A stretch of 63,689 nt of DNA, the filler included, from Octopus bimaculoides (Eukaryota): the NCBI RefSeq assembly GCF_001194135.2. It is 8 parts of 7 records of this genome, joined end to end, with 100 filler letters (N's around TTAATTAATTAA, not from the genome) between each part and the next. Parts side by side here need not be neighbours in the genome. Positions count along the whole stretch, not along the records: positions 1 to 12,882 come from NW_026357543.1; 7 more parts are not named here. The stretch is one strand, 5' to 3'. A program made the translations under genes and the position numbers. A model generated the notes under the pieces. The model saw only the letters and a program-made list of their open reading frames with translations. It was not told the origin of the DNA and did no database searches. This document shows, one piece after another, positions 1 to 12,204 of the stretch; position 1 is the stretch's first letter, and the number at the start of each line of letters is the position of its first letter.

Positions 1-364
1 AGAATTCTGGCAAAACTGTTTAGCAACAGATCGCCAGCAATTGCTTCATTTCAAATTGTCATCCTAGCTCCTGTGAAAAGGGATTACCCTGCTATGTATA
101 ATCAGGGCAGCGCAAAAAGTTGTTTTGCACAAGCATTTCTATAGCCAATTACACGGATGAAATTTACGTATGCCTAATAATTTTACGCAAAACAGCCTTC
201 AGACTTTCCCTATTAATTTCATCGTCTTTTGAATTATGAACATATTTACATCATAAGGGTTTTTTCGTTGTAAGGCTTTCTTTTTTAGTTGATTTTCAGC
301 TAGCAAGACTTATCGTAGATGGCATAATAAGTCACACCCGGTCAAGGTCGGGTTATACTGCTAG
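1..364 (+). mobile_element. Non-autonomous Helitron-like 3' end, copy 1
   Basis: 70-364 is near-identical to 42196-42491. It ends in hairpin ACCCG(336-340)...CGGGT(349-353), a 7-nt spacer, then CTAG(361-364) followed by T, the Helitron 3' signature. Confidence 0.65.
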
Positions 365-1106
365 TATGCTATAAACGCACACGTACTATTAACACACACA
401 CACATGTATATACAAACGGCGATGTGCACGTGTATATGTATACATTTGTTTAGCGGGAAAATGCGCAGTATCGTTTCCTTTATGGCAACAAATACGTAGA
501 TTTCGTTAAAATGTGATGACATTCGGTTATCATATTGATGAGAAAATGGCGGCAGTTTTTTGGTGTACATGCGCTGTAAAATCAAAAATTGGTTCGAATT
601 CAAACTAACCTTCTTTAAGATGAGATATTAAATATCGAAGACAAGAAGAGAAAAAAGGTCAACGTAGTCCTTCATATTGTTAGAAATAATAGCCACGAAT
701 TCCACAAATTGCAACTTACTTTCTTAAAAACAAGGAAGATTACATCGGAGAAGATCTTTTTTTCTATGTATAATATTCCTAAATAAAAGACGGAATGGTC
801 ACGGTTTGCTCACCGTTGATCATAGGTCAGTTGGATTAGAGCTGAAATGGAGTTTAACTACAATAATAATTAGCGTTGAGTGCTCAAGTTTCATGAAATG
901 CGCATTAGCATCTCTGCTCATTTGTATTCAGTGAGAACATACGTAGTAATGATAACATCAAACTCAGGGCTTTACTAATGATAGGCAACTAGAGCTATTT
1001 ATCTTTTTCAAGGACTAAACGAAACTTTGTTGTAGCTTTATATCGCGTAAACAACTTGTATGCATACCCTTTACCATGGTCTGTCTCAATATTCCTCTTG
1101 TACATC

Positions 1107-1110
1107 TCCC

Positions 1111-1166
<56 letters not shown>
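1107..1166. repeat. (CT)n microsatellite running into an N gap
   Basis: Direct sequence. Confidence 0.95.
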
Positions 1167-1430
1167 NNNNNNNNNNNNNNNNNNNNNNNNNNNNNNNNNN
1201 NNNNNNNNNNNNNNNNNNNNNNNNNNNNNNNNNNNNNNNNNNNNNNNNNNNNNNNNNNNNNNNNNNNNNNNNNNNNNNNNNNNNNNNNNNNNNNNNNNNN
1301 NNTATATGCACACAAATGCATGAAACTTAATCTCATATGTCTACGTACGTGCGATATAAATGAAAGTACAAATGCGCTCGTTTGTTTATAACATATGTAT
1401 GCATATATTCATATGCATGTGTGCATATGA

Positions 1431-1475
<45 letters not shown>

Positions 1476-2307
1476 TGTTTGTATATTATGTGTATGTGTG
1501 CGCGCGTCTAAGATTAGGCAATTGTGTTGGATGTTTATTTTTATCCTGTGCACCGACCTAAACTAGATTTTAAAATTGTGTTAAGTACATAGAAGGGGAA
1601 AAAGAAAGAATAAGAGAGAGAGAGAGAGAGAGGGAGAGACAGAGTGAGAGACAAACAGAAAGAGTGAGAGAGAGAGAGAAAGAGGATAGAGAGAGTGAGA
1701 AAGAGAAATAGAGAGAGTGAGAGAGAGAAAGAGAGCGTCTGAACTTTTTTATTTCATATTTATTTTGAAGATGAGTTTGAGTGGGTGTGTAGAGAGTTAC
1801 GTGTGACAGCCTAGCATACATGGTGGCCGACACGTGTGTTGATTTTACTATTCCGACTAAATTCTCATGGGAACGTTACACTTGGCGGGAAAATTATTGT
1901 CTTGTGAGGGGAAATAAACGAAGCACTTCATATAAGTGCTTGTTTATGCATGTTTTGCTAATGCATGAATGTGATATTAGTATTAATAGCCTGTATCATA
2001 ATCGGTAGAGCGTTTATCAAAAAACGTCTTTGCGTTCTCTGGCTGGGCTCTTCTTTATGTTCTGTCTTGACTTGCAACTCCACCAAGAGTTGATTATATT
2101 TTGTCTTTCTGTCTTTCCAGCGTTGATAATATATGTACTAATCAACACGTTCCGTGAGAAATACAGCGGTATTTCACGACTAATGCTGCTGTAACTGACC
2201 TGTTAGCACTGTATATACATTAAGTATGATGCATAGATGTTTAATTAATTAAGTACTGAAAAGAGTTAGATTAACTTCCTATTTTCCTTCTAAATCTTTT
2301 GTTTTAG

Positions 2308-2440
2308 TCCGTCTTATGTTCGACCTTGCCTTTCAGTCTTTCGAGATCGATAAAATAAGTGCAAGTTGAGCACTGGGGTCGATATAATAGACTTACTCTC
2401 TCCCCTGAACTTGCTGGCTTTGTGCCAAAATTTGAAAACA
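2308..2440 (+). mobile_element. SINE family A (Meta-like), 3' fragment
   Basis: gaccttgcctttc..gatcgataaaataagt..cactggggtcgatataat matches the family A body seen in many copies in this window. Confidence 0.7.
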
Positions 2441-2524
2441 TTCTTCTTCTTCTTCTTCTTCTTCTTCTTCTTCTTCTTCTTCTTCTTCTTCTTCTTCTTC
2501 TTCTTCTTCTTCTTCTTCTTCTTC
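2441..2524. repeat. (CTT)n microsatellite, about 28 units
   Basis: Direct sequence; source of the poly-K/L/F ORFs. Confidence 0.97.
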
Positions 2525-2785
2525 AGAGATACACATATCGTTAGCCACAAAGGGACATGCTCAACTGGTTATGGTCAAACAACTGACAAGCAAACCTGTG
2601 GTATTGAGCAGAATATTTGCTTCAGCCCATCTTTTGTACCAAGACAAACCAGTGTACATGATAACACTTCCAGTCAGTTAAACTCAGAAGCCATGAGAGC
2701 CACTGCCTGGTACTGCATCAGGACATTTATTATCATTATTATCATTATCATCAGTATCATCATTGTAATCGTCATCATAAAAAAC

Positions 2786-3220
2786 GGCAGCTTGTTGGCA
2801 GAATTGTTTGAGAATCGGAGGAATTAGCTAGCAGTATTTATTTTGGTTCTTTACTTTCTCAGTTCAAATCACTGCAGTATCAACTTTGTCTTTCATTCTT
2901 CCGGAGTCGATAAAAGTAAAGAAGCAGTCTAGTACAGAAGTTGAAATAATCGTCTGTTCTCTCCTAAAATGTCTGGGCTTATATCTATATTCGAAATTAT
3001 TATAAGGGTGAAGTATTAGAAGGATTATTAGAGCGCTGGTCAAAATAATAGTTCTTCACACTTTTTAAAGTTCTGTGTTCAAATTTCGCAGTGGCTTGCT
3101 TACACTTTCTTTCTTCCTGGATCAAAAGAGTAGCAGTCTTCTACTGCAGACAATTTAATCGTTTCACTCACTTCCTCTAAAATATACCTTGTACCAAAAT
3201 CAGGAATAATTATTTTTATT
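2786..3220 (+). mobile_element. Two degenerate SINE family A copies
   Basis: ggcag..ttggcagaattgtt head, agttcaaat B-box-like motif, ctttcattcttccggagtcgataaaa core; a second more decayed copy follows. Confidence 0.5.
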
Positions 3221-3789
3221 ATTGGTATAAAGATAAAGTATTTTGCTATCCTTTCTGTATAGGAAATTCAGTATGTTTACATGATTTTGAAGCGCTATTC
3301 CTTTCTGATTTCTCTATCATCCACACTCTTTACCATCACTTTTCAACTCCTGCTTGTCCGAGGAACAGACAGATTTCACTCGAGATCCTCTTCACGATCC
3401 CACCCAAAAATTCTAGAATTTCCTTTGCTGAATAACATCTACATTCATCGCATGCTCTCCCAGTGTCACAGCTTTATAATTTATAGCCTATTGTCTCTCC
3501 TAATTTAAGCTTGACAAGATTTTCCGTTTGAGTTCCGTTTTCACTTTAACCACAAATTCCAGATGGGCGGTTCAAGTGATTCTTACAAACTGTACAGAAT
3601 TAAAGCTTAACTAAACCAAAGGGTGACTTGGTAGCTCTGATTCATTGATTTTAGAGTTTGTTTCCATTTATATCTTAACAGTAAGACGTACGACAGCTAG
3701 TCGAAAATCACTCATATTTCTCTGGTTTATTATCAAGTTATATCTCAACTTTTGCTCATACCCAGTTTTGGGGATTTTATTATTACAAC

Positions 3790-4200
3790 ACGTTAAAGCA
3801 GTATCGTTACTGGACAAAGTGCTTCGGGGAATTTCTTCCAGTTTTATGTTTTGAGTTCAAAATCCGCCGAAGTCAACTTTATCTTTTCCGGCTCGATTAA
3901 ATAAGTGCCAGTTGAGCAATGGAGTCCTTGTAATCGACTAGCCCACTCCTTCAAAATTCCAGGGCATGCGCTTATAGTAGAAGGAATTACTTCAACATAT
4001 CAGAGAAATGTAAGGTGAAATCGGCAGAGCCAGTGACAGAAATGTTTTACCGTATTAAGTTACGTTCCTTTTATGTTCTGAGATCGAATTTCTCCAAGTT
4101 AGACGTTGCTTTCATTCTTTGAGGGTCTATAGGGTAAAGTATCAATCAAATACTAGGTTAAATATAATTGCTAAGGTCCCTCCCCTATTGTTCAAACAAC
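3790..4200 (+). mobile_element. Two degenerate SINE family A copies
   Basis: ttttgagttcaaaatccgccgaagtcaact..taaataagtgccagttgagca; second copy has ggcagagcc..ttctgagatcgaatt. Confidence 0.55.
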
Positions 4201-4380
4201 ACCCTAATTTTCTTTCTTATTCCCCCCCCCCCTCAGCGGTTATGAAATAAGTATCTGTCAGATCGCTTCGCTATCATCTGTCCCTTAGGCAAGTTTCTTC
4301 TCTTATGGTCTCGTGTCTACTAATCAACATATGCCTATGGTAAACTGAAAATGTGAAGCCCATTATTTGCGTGTGTGCGT

Positions 4381-4381
<1 letters not shown>

Positions 4382-4434
<53 letters not shown>

Positions 4435-4460
4435 GTCTGTCTGTCTGTCTGTCTGTCTGT
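4382..4460. repeat. (ATCT)n-(GTCT)n compound microsatellite
   Basis: Direct sequence. Confidence 0.95.
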
Positions 4461-4727
4461 CCAATATATATGTGTGTATACATATACATATATATATATA
4501 TACACAGACACACACATACATACAACCCCCCCCCACACACACACAAACACATATACATATACATATACATATATATCGGTACACTTTAATGCAACCTCGA
4601 AAAACTGGTTCGCCAGTCACCGTTATTAGAAAGTAGCTGGCATAATAGAATAGGAGCTTTATTTGCAAATTCAAAACGCTTCCCATAAACAAATTTAAAC
4701 GATATGCATACATATATTTTTTCGTGA

Positions 4728-5673
4728 TTAAATTAAAGGAAGACAACAAACGGAAAATATGACATACCTATATATATATATATATATGATTAAAAAAATG
4801 TGTAATAAATAAAACAAACGAACATCTACTAAATACACGGATGAAAAGAAAACAGAGGTTACCAACTCCTCACCAGTTATTGGCCAGAGGTTCAAACGCA
4901 ATTTCGGCCATTTTCGATAATGTTACTTCTACTCTGGTGGCACCGGCAAGAAAACAGTGCATACATATAATATACATGATGACTTCCTCCTCACTCTCGA
5001 GTTATAAGATGATGATGCTTGTGNNNNNNNNNNNNNNNNNNNNNNNNNNNNNNNNNNNNNNNNNNNNNNNNNNNNNNNNNNNNNNNNNNNNNNNNNNNNN
5101 NNNNNNNNNNNNNNNNNNNNNNNNNNNNNNNNNNNNNNNNNNNNNNNNNNNNNNNNNNNNNNNNNNNNNNNNNNNNNNNNNNNNNNNNNNNNNNNNNNNN
5201 NNNNNNNNNNNNNNNNNNNNNNNNNNNNNNNNNNNNNNNNNNNNNNNNNNNNNNNNNNNNNNNNNNNNNNNNNNNNNNNNNNNNNNNNNNNNNNNNNNNN
5301 NNNNNNNNNNNNNNNNNNNNNNNNNNNNNNNNNNNNNNNNNNNNNNNNNNNNNNNNNNTACATGAATAATATTTTCAGGATTAAATAAAAAGAAGACAAG
5401 AAGCGGAAAATATGTCATACACATATATATATATATATGATTAAAAAAATGTGTAATAAATAAAACAAACGAACATCTACTAAATACACGGATGAAAAGA
5501 AAACAGAGGTTACCAACTCCTCACCAGTTATTGGCCAGAGGTTCAAACGCAATTTCGGCCATTTTCGATAATGTTACTTCTACTCTGGTGGCACCGGCAA
5601 GAAAACAGTGCATACATATAATATACATGATGACTTCCTCCTCACTCTCGAGTTATAAGATGATGATGCTTGT
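4728..5673 (+). repeat. Direct duplication across an N gap (4728-5023 repeated at 5380-5673), probably an assembly or haplotype artefact
   Basis: About 245 bp identical on both sides of the 5024-5358 gap; upstream parts differ by scattered substitutions. Confidence 0.8.
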
Positions 5674-6395
5674 GCGTCAAGCGGTGCCGGTACATGATGC
5701 TTTTTAAAGTGAGGAAAGGCCTTGTACACTACCAATCCCACTCTCTGAACAGCGAAAACAGATACCCCAAAAGGAAGAACTAGTCAACATCGCTGGTTGC
5801 CATGGAGTGGCAATTTTTACATTAGTGTTTTCCTTCAACTAGAGTGATGTCGTTACAAGGACCAGGAGCCACGCACTGCTAGCAATGTTACACCATGCCT
5901 ACATTCTCATACCCATCGTTCTCTTCTGAATGAGCCTGTTGTACCTACCCATTTTTGAAAACGTGAAAATTCTCTGCGCAGTCACTGTGTTTTCTGCACC
6001 AAAGTCATCAGTTAGTCGATAACTGCTGCAGGAACTACTGCTGTCCATCAGAAATAGCTGGACCAAGCTTGTGTACAGAGTATTGCATGGCTGTTAAATT
6101 TAATGAATTCATCCGCCCTTTCACAGGTTCTTTTTTTTTTCGTTCTGCAGGCTATCCAATCACCCGCCTCACTAACCAAGCTTTGTTGGGGTTGACAGTT
6201 TAGTTGCCGACGACCCGACCAAACTTGTACTGGATTACACGTTACCAATGGCACACAAAAGCGACCTGAAAACACACACACGCACACAGAAACACACATA
6301 CATACATTCATACATACATACATACATACATACATATGTTAAGGCAAGATCCAGGGATCCGAGTGTAGGAAGTTTGTATGATATATATATATATA

Positions 6396-6594
6396 TCATT
6401 CGTACAGGTTTTTGTTTCTCTATCCGTTTTTCTTCGTTCTCTCTCCATTTTTTTTTTTGCTCTCTATCCTTTCTGTTGAAGGGCGTAGGCTCGAAACGTC
6501 AAAGGGTTTTCCGTTCTTCTCCAGCGGCCAAGTAATACACCTGCTTGTTGTTCCTTCACCTGTCTTCATATTTTGTCTTCTCTAAATTTGAACT
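6396..6594 (+). mobile_element. Short hammerhead-bearing element embedded in (TA)n, Penelope-like terminal-repeat fragment
   Basis: Bounded by (TA)n on both sides and contains a minimal hammerhead fold at 6468-6505. Confidence 0.5.
6468..6505 (+). ncRNA. Putative minimal type I hammerhead ribozyme, core variant CUGUUGA
   Basis: CCTTT-CTGTTGA-A-GGGC gtag GCTC-GAAA-CGTC-AAAGG: 5-bp stem I, 4-bp stem II (one G-U), palindromic ACGU stem III, GUC triplet. Confidence 0.6.
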
Positions 6595-7268
6595 ATATAT
6601 ATTTATAACAATCGACAAGTACTCGGCAGTTGTACTCATAAACATGTATACTTATCAAGCTGTAAATAAAAGGTAAAATCATTGACTACAATATCTTGCT
6701 CTTTCAAGTATATTGTAAGGTCTTTTTTTAACGTACATAAGTGAAATAACTTAAAATCTCCAAAAAATTCAAAGGGTACATGGCATATTGATATATGTTT
6801 AATGTCTTCTGAACATATGTTAATATGTACTGGACATTTGTTGATGTGTTCATACACTTTTGTATATTAATGTAGTCACACAGTTGAAGCGCCCAAGATT
6901 TCAAGAATACATTTTAATACGGTTTGACATTCTAGTAATAACAGTCAAATGTTCTTCAATTTACATCTGGCTGCCTTACAAAATGACGAAATTGTCACTA
7001 ATAGAACGCCTATGATCATAGATTTGATCAAATAGCTGATTTGTGTCTAAACAACATCAATAACTTCAATGCGACAGACAAAGTTCCGTCAGAATCAATG
7101 AAATCTTTCATAGGGGAATTTTTCACCAAAATATTACATTTTTCCGCATCAATTTAAAATATTCGAAAACCTATTATTGACGATAACTAACTAAATATAT
7201 TGCTCCTTCTGCCATTTTAGCATTCCGATTAGCAACTAACTACACTATTTCTAAAACTATTTAACAAG

Positions 7269-7507
7269 TACCCTATTTTCTGGCATACATGTCGAATTTT
7301 TCAGACCAAAATTTATAGCCAAAAAAAAGGAAGCTTGACTTATACACTAAGACAACATTGGCAGACTTAAGATTCCATGTGAAATGCAACAGTATTTGGA
7401 AAGATAGTGACAAAGTTTGAATGTTTACACTACATGTTTACACTACATGTTTACACTACATGTTTACACTAAATACTGCATCGACTTGTATACTGGAAAA
7501 TACGGTA
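7269..7507. mobile_element. Tc1/mariner/pogo-type MITE, 239 bp
   Basis: TIRs taccctattttctggcatacatgtcg (7269-7294) and cgacttgtatactggaaaatacggta (7482-7507) match at 21/26 positions, with TA at both ends. Confidence 0.7.
7421..7471. repeat. 13-bp tandem repeat (ATGTTTACACTAC) x about 3.9, inside the MITE
   Basis: Direct sequence. Confidence 0.9.
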
Positions 7508-9272
7508 TCACAAGACAGCATCATCTTACTACAATTAGTTAGTTCTATTGAAACTTTCAACCCTATTTCCCGCTACATCGTGAAAATATAACACAAACGG
7601 GGATGGCCTTTCAAGGAACGCTAAAAATAGAACAAACAAAAACAAAAGCTTCTAAAAACTTCAGTATAAGTCCTGATATCGTTGTAATTTACAAACTTCC
7701 TGTACATACCGATAAGACAATCAAATTCTACCGGATATCATAGTAAAGGACATGTTGGACAGGACGTGCTAGTGAATAGATATATAGATATGTGGAGTAC
7801 AATACCTCGATTATATATATATGTATATATATATATATACGTATATATACGTATATATATANNNNNNNNNNNNNNNNNNNNNNNNNNNNNNNNNNNNNNN
7901 NNNNNNNNNNNNNNNNNNNNNNNNNNNNNNNNNNNNNNNNNNNNNNNNNNNNNNNNNNNNNNNNNNNNNNNNNNNNNNNNNNNNNNNNNNNNNNNNNNNN
8001 NNNNNNNNNNNNNNNNNNNNNNNNNNNNNNNNNNNNNNNNNNNNNNNNNNNNNNNNNNNNNNNNNNNNNNNNNNNNNNNNNNNNNNNNNNNNNNNNNNNN
8101 NNNNNNNNNNNNNNNNNNNNNNNNNNNNNNNNNNNNNNNNNNNNNNNNNNNNNNNNNNNNNNNNNNNNNNNNNNNNNNNNNNNNNNNNNNNNNNNNNNNN
8201 NNNNNNNNNNNNNNNNNNNNNNNNNNNNNNNNNNNNNNNNNNNNNNNNNNNNNNNNNNNNNNNNNNNNNNNNNNNNNNNNNNNNNNNNNNNNNNNNNNNN
8301 NNNNNNNNNNNNNNNNNNNNNNNNNNNNNNNNNNNNNNNNNNNNNNNNNNNNNNNNNNNNNNNNNNNNNNNNNNNNNNNNNNNNNNNNNNNNNNNNNNNN
8401 NNNNNNNNNNNNNNNNNNNNNNNNNNNNNNNNNNNNNNNNNNNNNNNNNNNNNNNNNNNNNNNNNNNNNNNNNNNNNNNNNNNNNNNNNNNNNNNNNNNN
8501 NNNNNNNNNNNNNNNNNNNNNNNNNNNNNNNNNNNNNNNNNNNNNNNNNNNNNNNNNNNNNNNNNNNNNNNNNNNNNNNNNNNNNNNNNNNNNNNNNNNN
8601 NNNNNNNNNNNNNNNNNNNNNNNNNNNNNNNNNNNNNNNNNNNNNNNNNNNNNNNNNNNNNNNNNNNNNNNNNNNNNNNNNNNNNNNNNNNNNNNNNNNN
8701 NNNNNNNNNNNNNNNNNNNNNNNNNNNNNNNNNNNNNNNNNNNNNNNNNNNNNNNNNNNNNNNNNNNNNNNNNNNNNNNATATTTATATATATATATATA
8801 TATACATATATGTATTTGTTATCTATATTATTTTATTAGTTTAATTTTTACTTAATGTTATTCGAAGAATGTCTGTCATACTTCTGCCTACACGGTGTCC
8901 CTCTCATAACCATATGAATACAAACAGTTAATGCAAATACAAAGAATTCATTTCAATGAATAAGAGAAACTAAATCGTAGTCTGCAATCCACTAAGTGAG
9001 CTAATGTATGCTTTAACATATATTAACTGAACTAATGTATGCTGTAGCTTCAACGAAAGAAACTGTGTATGTGAATAAATCAGACATAGGAAAAGTAACA
9101 ACGATTTTTAGTATAGAACATCCAACGATACTATCACTTATTTTTAACACGTACAAATGTTACAAAATAAGTTTTTCACGCTCAGAATTGCTGAAGCATG
9201 GAGTAAATTACCTGCATCAGTTGTTAGCTGTCGAGACACTATATCCTTCGAAACTTCCATTCCTCCTGAAAT

Positions 9273-9306
<34 letters not shown>

Positions 9307-9729
9307 TTGTAGTGCACCTGGGCACTGTATACAATAATTTCCTTCATTATATCAAAAATCGTTTCAAACATGACATTTATCAACAAAAGATAGATTAGTT
9401 TATAAAACCGCTTTCTGCAATTAAGGCTAATGAAATTTTGAGTGGATATATCTGATTTTCGCAGTAAAAGGGTTACATACTTTTTAAGATCTCAAAGGTG
9501 CACTGTCTAATGTCTAAGATTGCAAGTATTGACGAATTGGTGTAACTACGACCACATTGAAAGAAATAGCATTTAAGATAAAGCCATATAATTAAGATTC
9601 ATTATACCATTAAATCGACAAAATTTACCAACGAATTTTTTAGAAGAGAACATGGAAGATAGACGAGTAAATCAATTTTGTTTTCCATTTTTGAATAGGC
9701 AAGTGAATCGTTTGAGTTCTTGAACTGTA

Positions 9730-9995
9730 GCTATCTTGGGGCACCACCTTGGATGGAGTCAGTCGAGTAAGTCGACTCTCGTACCGCTAATTTACGGGTA
9801 CGTAAACAAACCAACACCGGTTGTCAAATGGTAGGGAAGACAAACACACGGGTTTCTGCTCAGTTCCTATTAATCAAATTTACTCATAAGGCATTTGTCG
9901 ACCAGTGCAAGATCCTGAATAGTAATACTAAACCCCAAATTACACGGTTGCAAAGCGAACTTCTTCATCACCATATAGCCATGTCTTTAATATTA
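9730..9995 (-). mobile_element. Highly degenerate CORE-like SINE (family B)
   Basis: ggggcaccacctt, caacaccggttgtcaa, atcaaatttactcataaggc and gcaaagcgaacttcttcatcacc resemble family B segments. Confidence 0.4.
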
Positions 9996-10194
9996 TTTTA
10001 AGATTGAAATAGTGCAGATAACCTACTGTAAATTGTATAACAAAACGGAGCGAAAGTGTGATTGGCTATGCGGAGATGCCATTGCTTATTATTTCATTTC
10101 AGTCTTTTGTTAAAACTAATAAAACTTTTAATGATAGGGTAGTTTGAACTTACTACTAGAAGCTAATGAAACATGCATAATTATTGCTTATTAT

Positions 10195-10415
10195 GGCGGT
10201 GAGCCGGCAGAAACGTTAGCACGCCGGACGAAATGCTCAGCGGTATTTCGTCTGTTTTTACGTTCTGAGTTCAAATTCCGCCGAGGTCGACTTAGCCTTT
10301 CATCCTTTCGGGGTTGATAAATTAAGTACCAGTTGCGTACTGGGATCGATCTAATCGACTGGTTCTCTCCCACAAAATTTCGGGCCTTGTGCCTAGAGTA
10401 GAAAAAGTTATTATT
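10195..10415 (+). mobile_element. SINE family A (tRNA head, Meta-like core), full-length short-tail type
   Basis: ggcggtgagccggcagaaacgttagcacgccgg..gagttcaaattcc..ctttcatcctttcggggttgataaattaagtaccag..gcctagagtagaaaaag plus (tta) tail. Confidence 0.85.
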
Positions 10416-10754
10416 GCTTATGAGTGTGAACCGCACCGTCGTACTACTCATTGTTCTTATGTACATCCAGGTAGGATTTTGATTATTTACAACTTTTGGC
10501 GGAACATGAAACAAGATGCTAATCGAAAGCCCGTTAACTTAGAAATTCGGTCGAGGAAATTAATAAATTATCATGAAAAGAGAAGAAAACGATGGGAAAC
10601 AATATGTATGAATCTCCCAGCCTTATTGTTCTCGAAATCTTCATAAATTGCTAACTTCTTTTTTTTTTTTTTTTGACCTTACAAAGGAGATGTGACTAGA
10701 GAAGATTTGTGTTCTTATCGTGTCTATTCCAGCTGCTTTGCATATAGACGCCCT

Positions 10755-11100
10755 CTTTTATCCAGGCCGGGCGACTTGCCCGAACCAATGAAATTCTTCC
10801 ACGCCAGACGTCCCGATCAAGTGATGAGGCATGAATGTCTGGCTTGGGTCTTAGTCACATTAGTCTAACTAAAATATCTCATCTGCGTACGCCACGACAA
10901 CGCATAATACCAGTAGTATTATGCTAACTGAACTGCTTGATCCCGGCCTTTCACAGTTTGTTAATTGTCCATCCGCTCAGTATCTGGTGATATTCGCCAT
11001 TGATTCGATAGATTGAAAGCAATAGTGGCCAAGAAATGGTTCCACTCGCTTCGAAACCCCGAGAGTCCTGAACCAGGGTCCCACTACCGGACGCAGTTTA
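10755..11100 (-). mobile_element. Possible decayed RTE-type LINE 3' end
   Basis: Minus strand reads DRDVWRGRISLVRASRPAW, resembling the RTE C-terminal DR..WR motif; weak. Confidence 0.3.
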
Positions 11101-11339
11101 AAGTCATGTTCTAGAACTAGATATACAAATATTGAGATCTTTCTTGGAGTAATTAATCTCGGTAGTCATATTTAAGTAATATTTAAATGTGGTTATATTT
11201 TAGGGGGAAAAAAATAAGAATTCAATAATTAAATACTGAAGCGCAAAATACTGTTTGATCAGGGTTGAGTAAGGGAGCTGAGCAATAATCGTAACCAGTA
11301 ACAACCAATATTACGAATAACAGTAACAGCAAAGCACTA

Positions 11340-11450
11340 ACACCACCACCACCACCACCACCACCACCACCACCGTTAACAACAGCAACAACTACTACTA
11401 CAATAACAACAAACCCCAGCACAAATACCAACATTGCCAACACCATAACT
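11340..11450. repeat. (ACC)/(AAC) trinucleotide low-complexity tract
   Basis: Direct sequence. Confidence 0.85.
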
Positions 11451-12156
11451 NNNNNNNNNNNNNNNNNNNNNNNNNNNNNNNNNNNNNNNNNNNNNNNNNN
11501 NNNNNNNNNNNNNNNNNNNNNNNNNNNNNNNNNNNNNNNNNNNNNNNNNNNNNNNNNNNNNNNNNNNNNNNNNNNNNNNNNNNNNNNNNNNNNNNNNNNN
11601 NNNNNNNNNNNNNNNNNNNNNNNNNNNNNNNNNNNNNNNNNNNNNNNNNNNNNNNNNNNNNNNNNNNNNNNNNNNNNNNNNNNNNNNNNNNNNNNNNNNN
11701 NNNNNNNNNNNNNNNNNNNNNNNNNNNNNNNNNNNNNNNNNNNNNNNNNNNNNNNNNNNNNNNNNNNNNNNNNNNNNNNNNNNNNNNNNNNNNNNNNNNN
11801 NNNNNNNNNNNNNNNNNNNNNNNNNNNNNNNNNNNNNNNNNNNNNNNNNNNNNNNNNNNNNNNNNNNNNNNNNNNNNNNNNNNNNNNNNNNNNNNNNNNN
11901 NNNNNNNNNNNNNNNNNNNNNNNNNNNNNNNNNNNNNNNNNNNNNNNNNNNNNNNNNNNNNNNNNNNNNNNNNNNNNNNNNNNNNNNNNNNNNNNNNNNN
12001 NNNNNNNNNNNNNNNNNNNNNNNNNNNNNNNNNNNNNNNNNNNNNNNNNNNNNNNNNNNNNNNNNNNNNNNNNNNNNNNNNNNNNNNNNNNNNNNNNNNN
12101 NNNNNNNNNNNNNNNNNNNNNNNNNNNNNNNNNNNNNNNNNNNNNNNNNNNNNNNN

Positions 12157-12193
<37 letters not shown>

Positions 12194-12204
12194 GAACATA
12201 TGCA

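Noticed and set aside
2366-2827. 153-aa ORF
   Set aside because: Made of SINE, (CTT)n and (ATC)n sequence.
6636-7150. Protein-like minus-strand ORF (CPVHINICSEDIK..)
   Set aside because: The upstream continuation has several stops and I recognise no family; a BLASTX search would be needed.
7766-8855. Long ORFs spanning N gaps (also at 11.2-12.3, 14.9-15.8, 17.3-18.2, 44.2-44.9, 54.0-55.4 and 60.1-61.1 kb)
   Set aside because: They are open only because N codons are not stops; the flanking residues are YI/VC/HT microsatellite translations.
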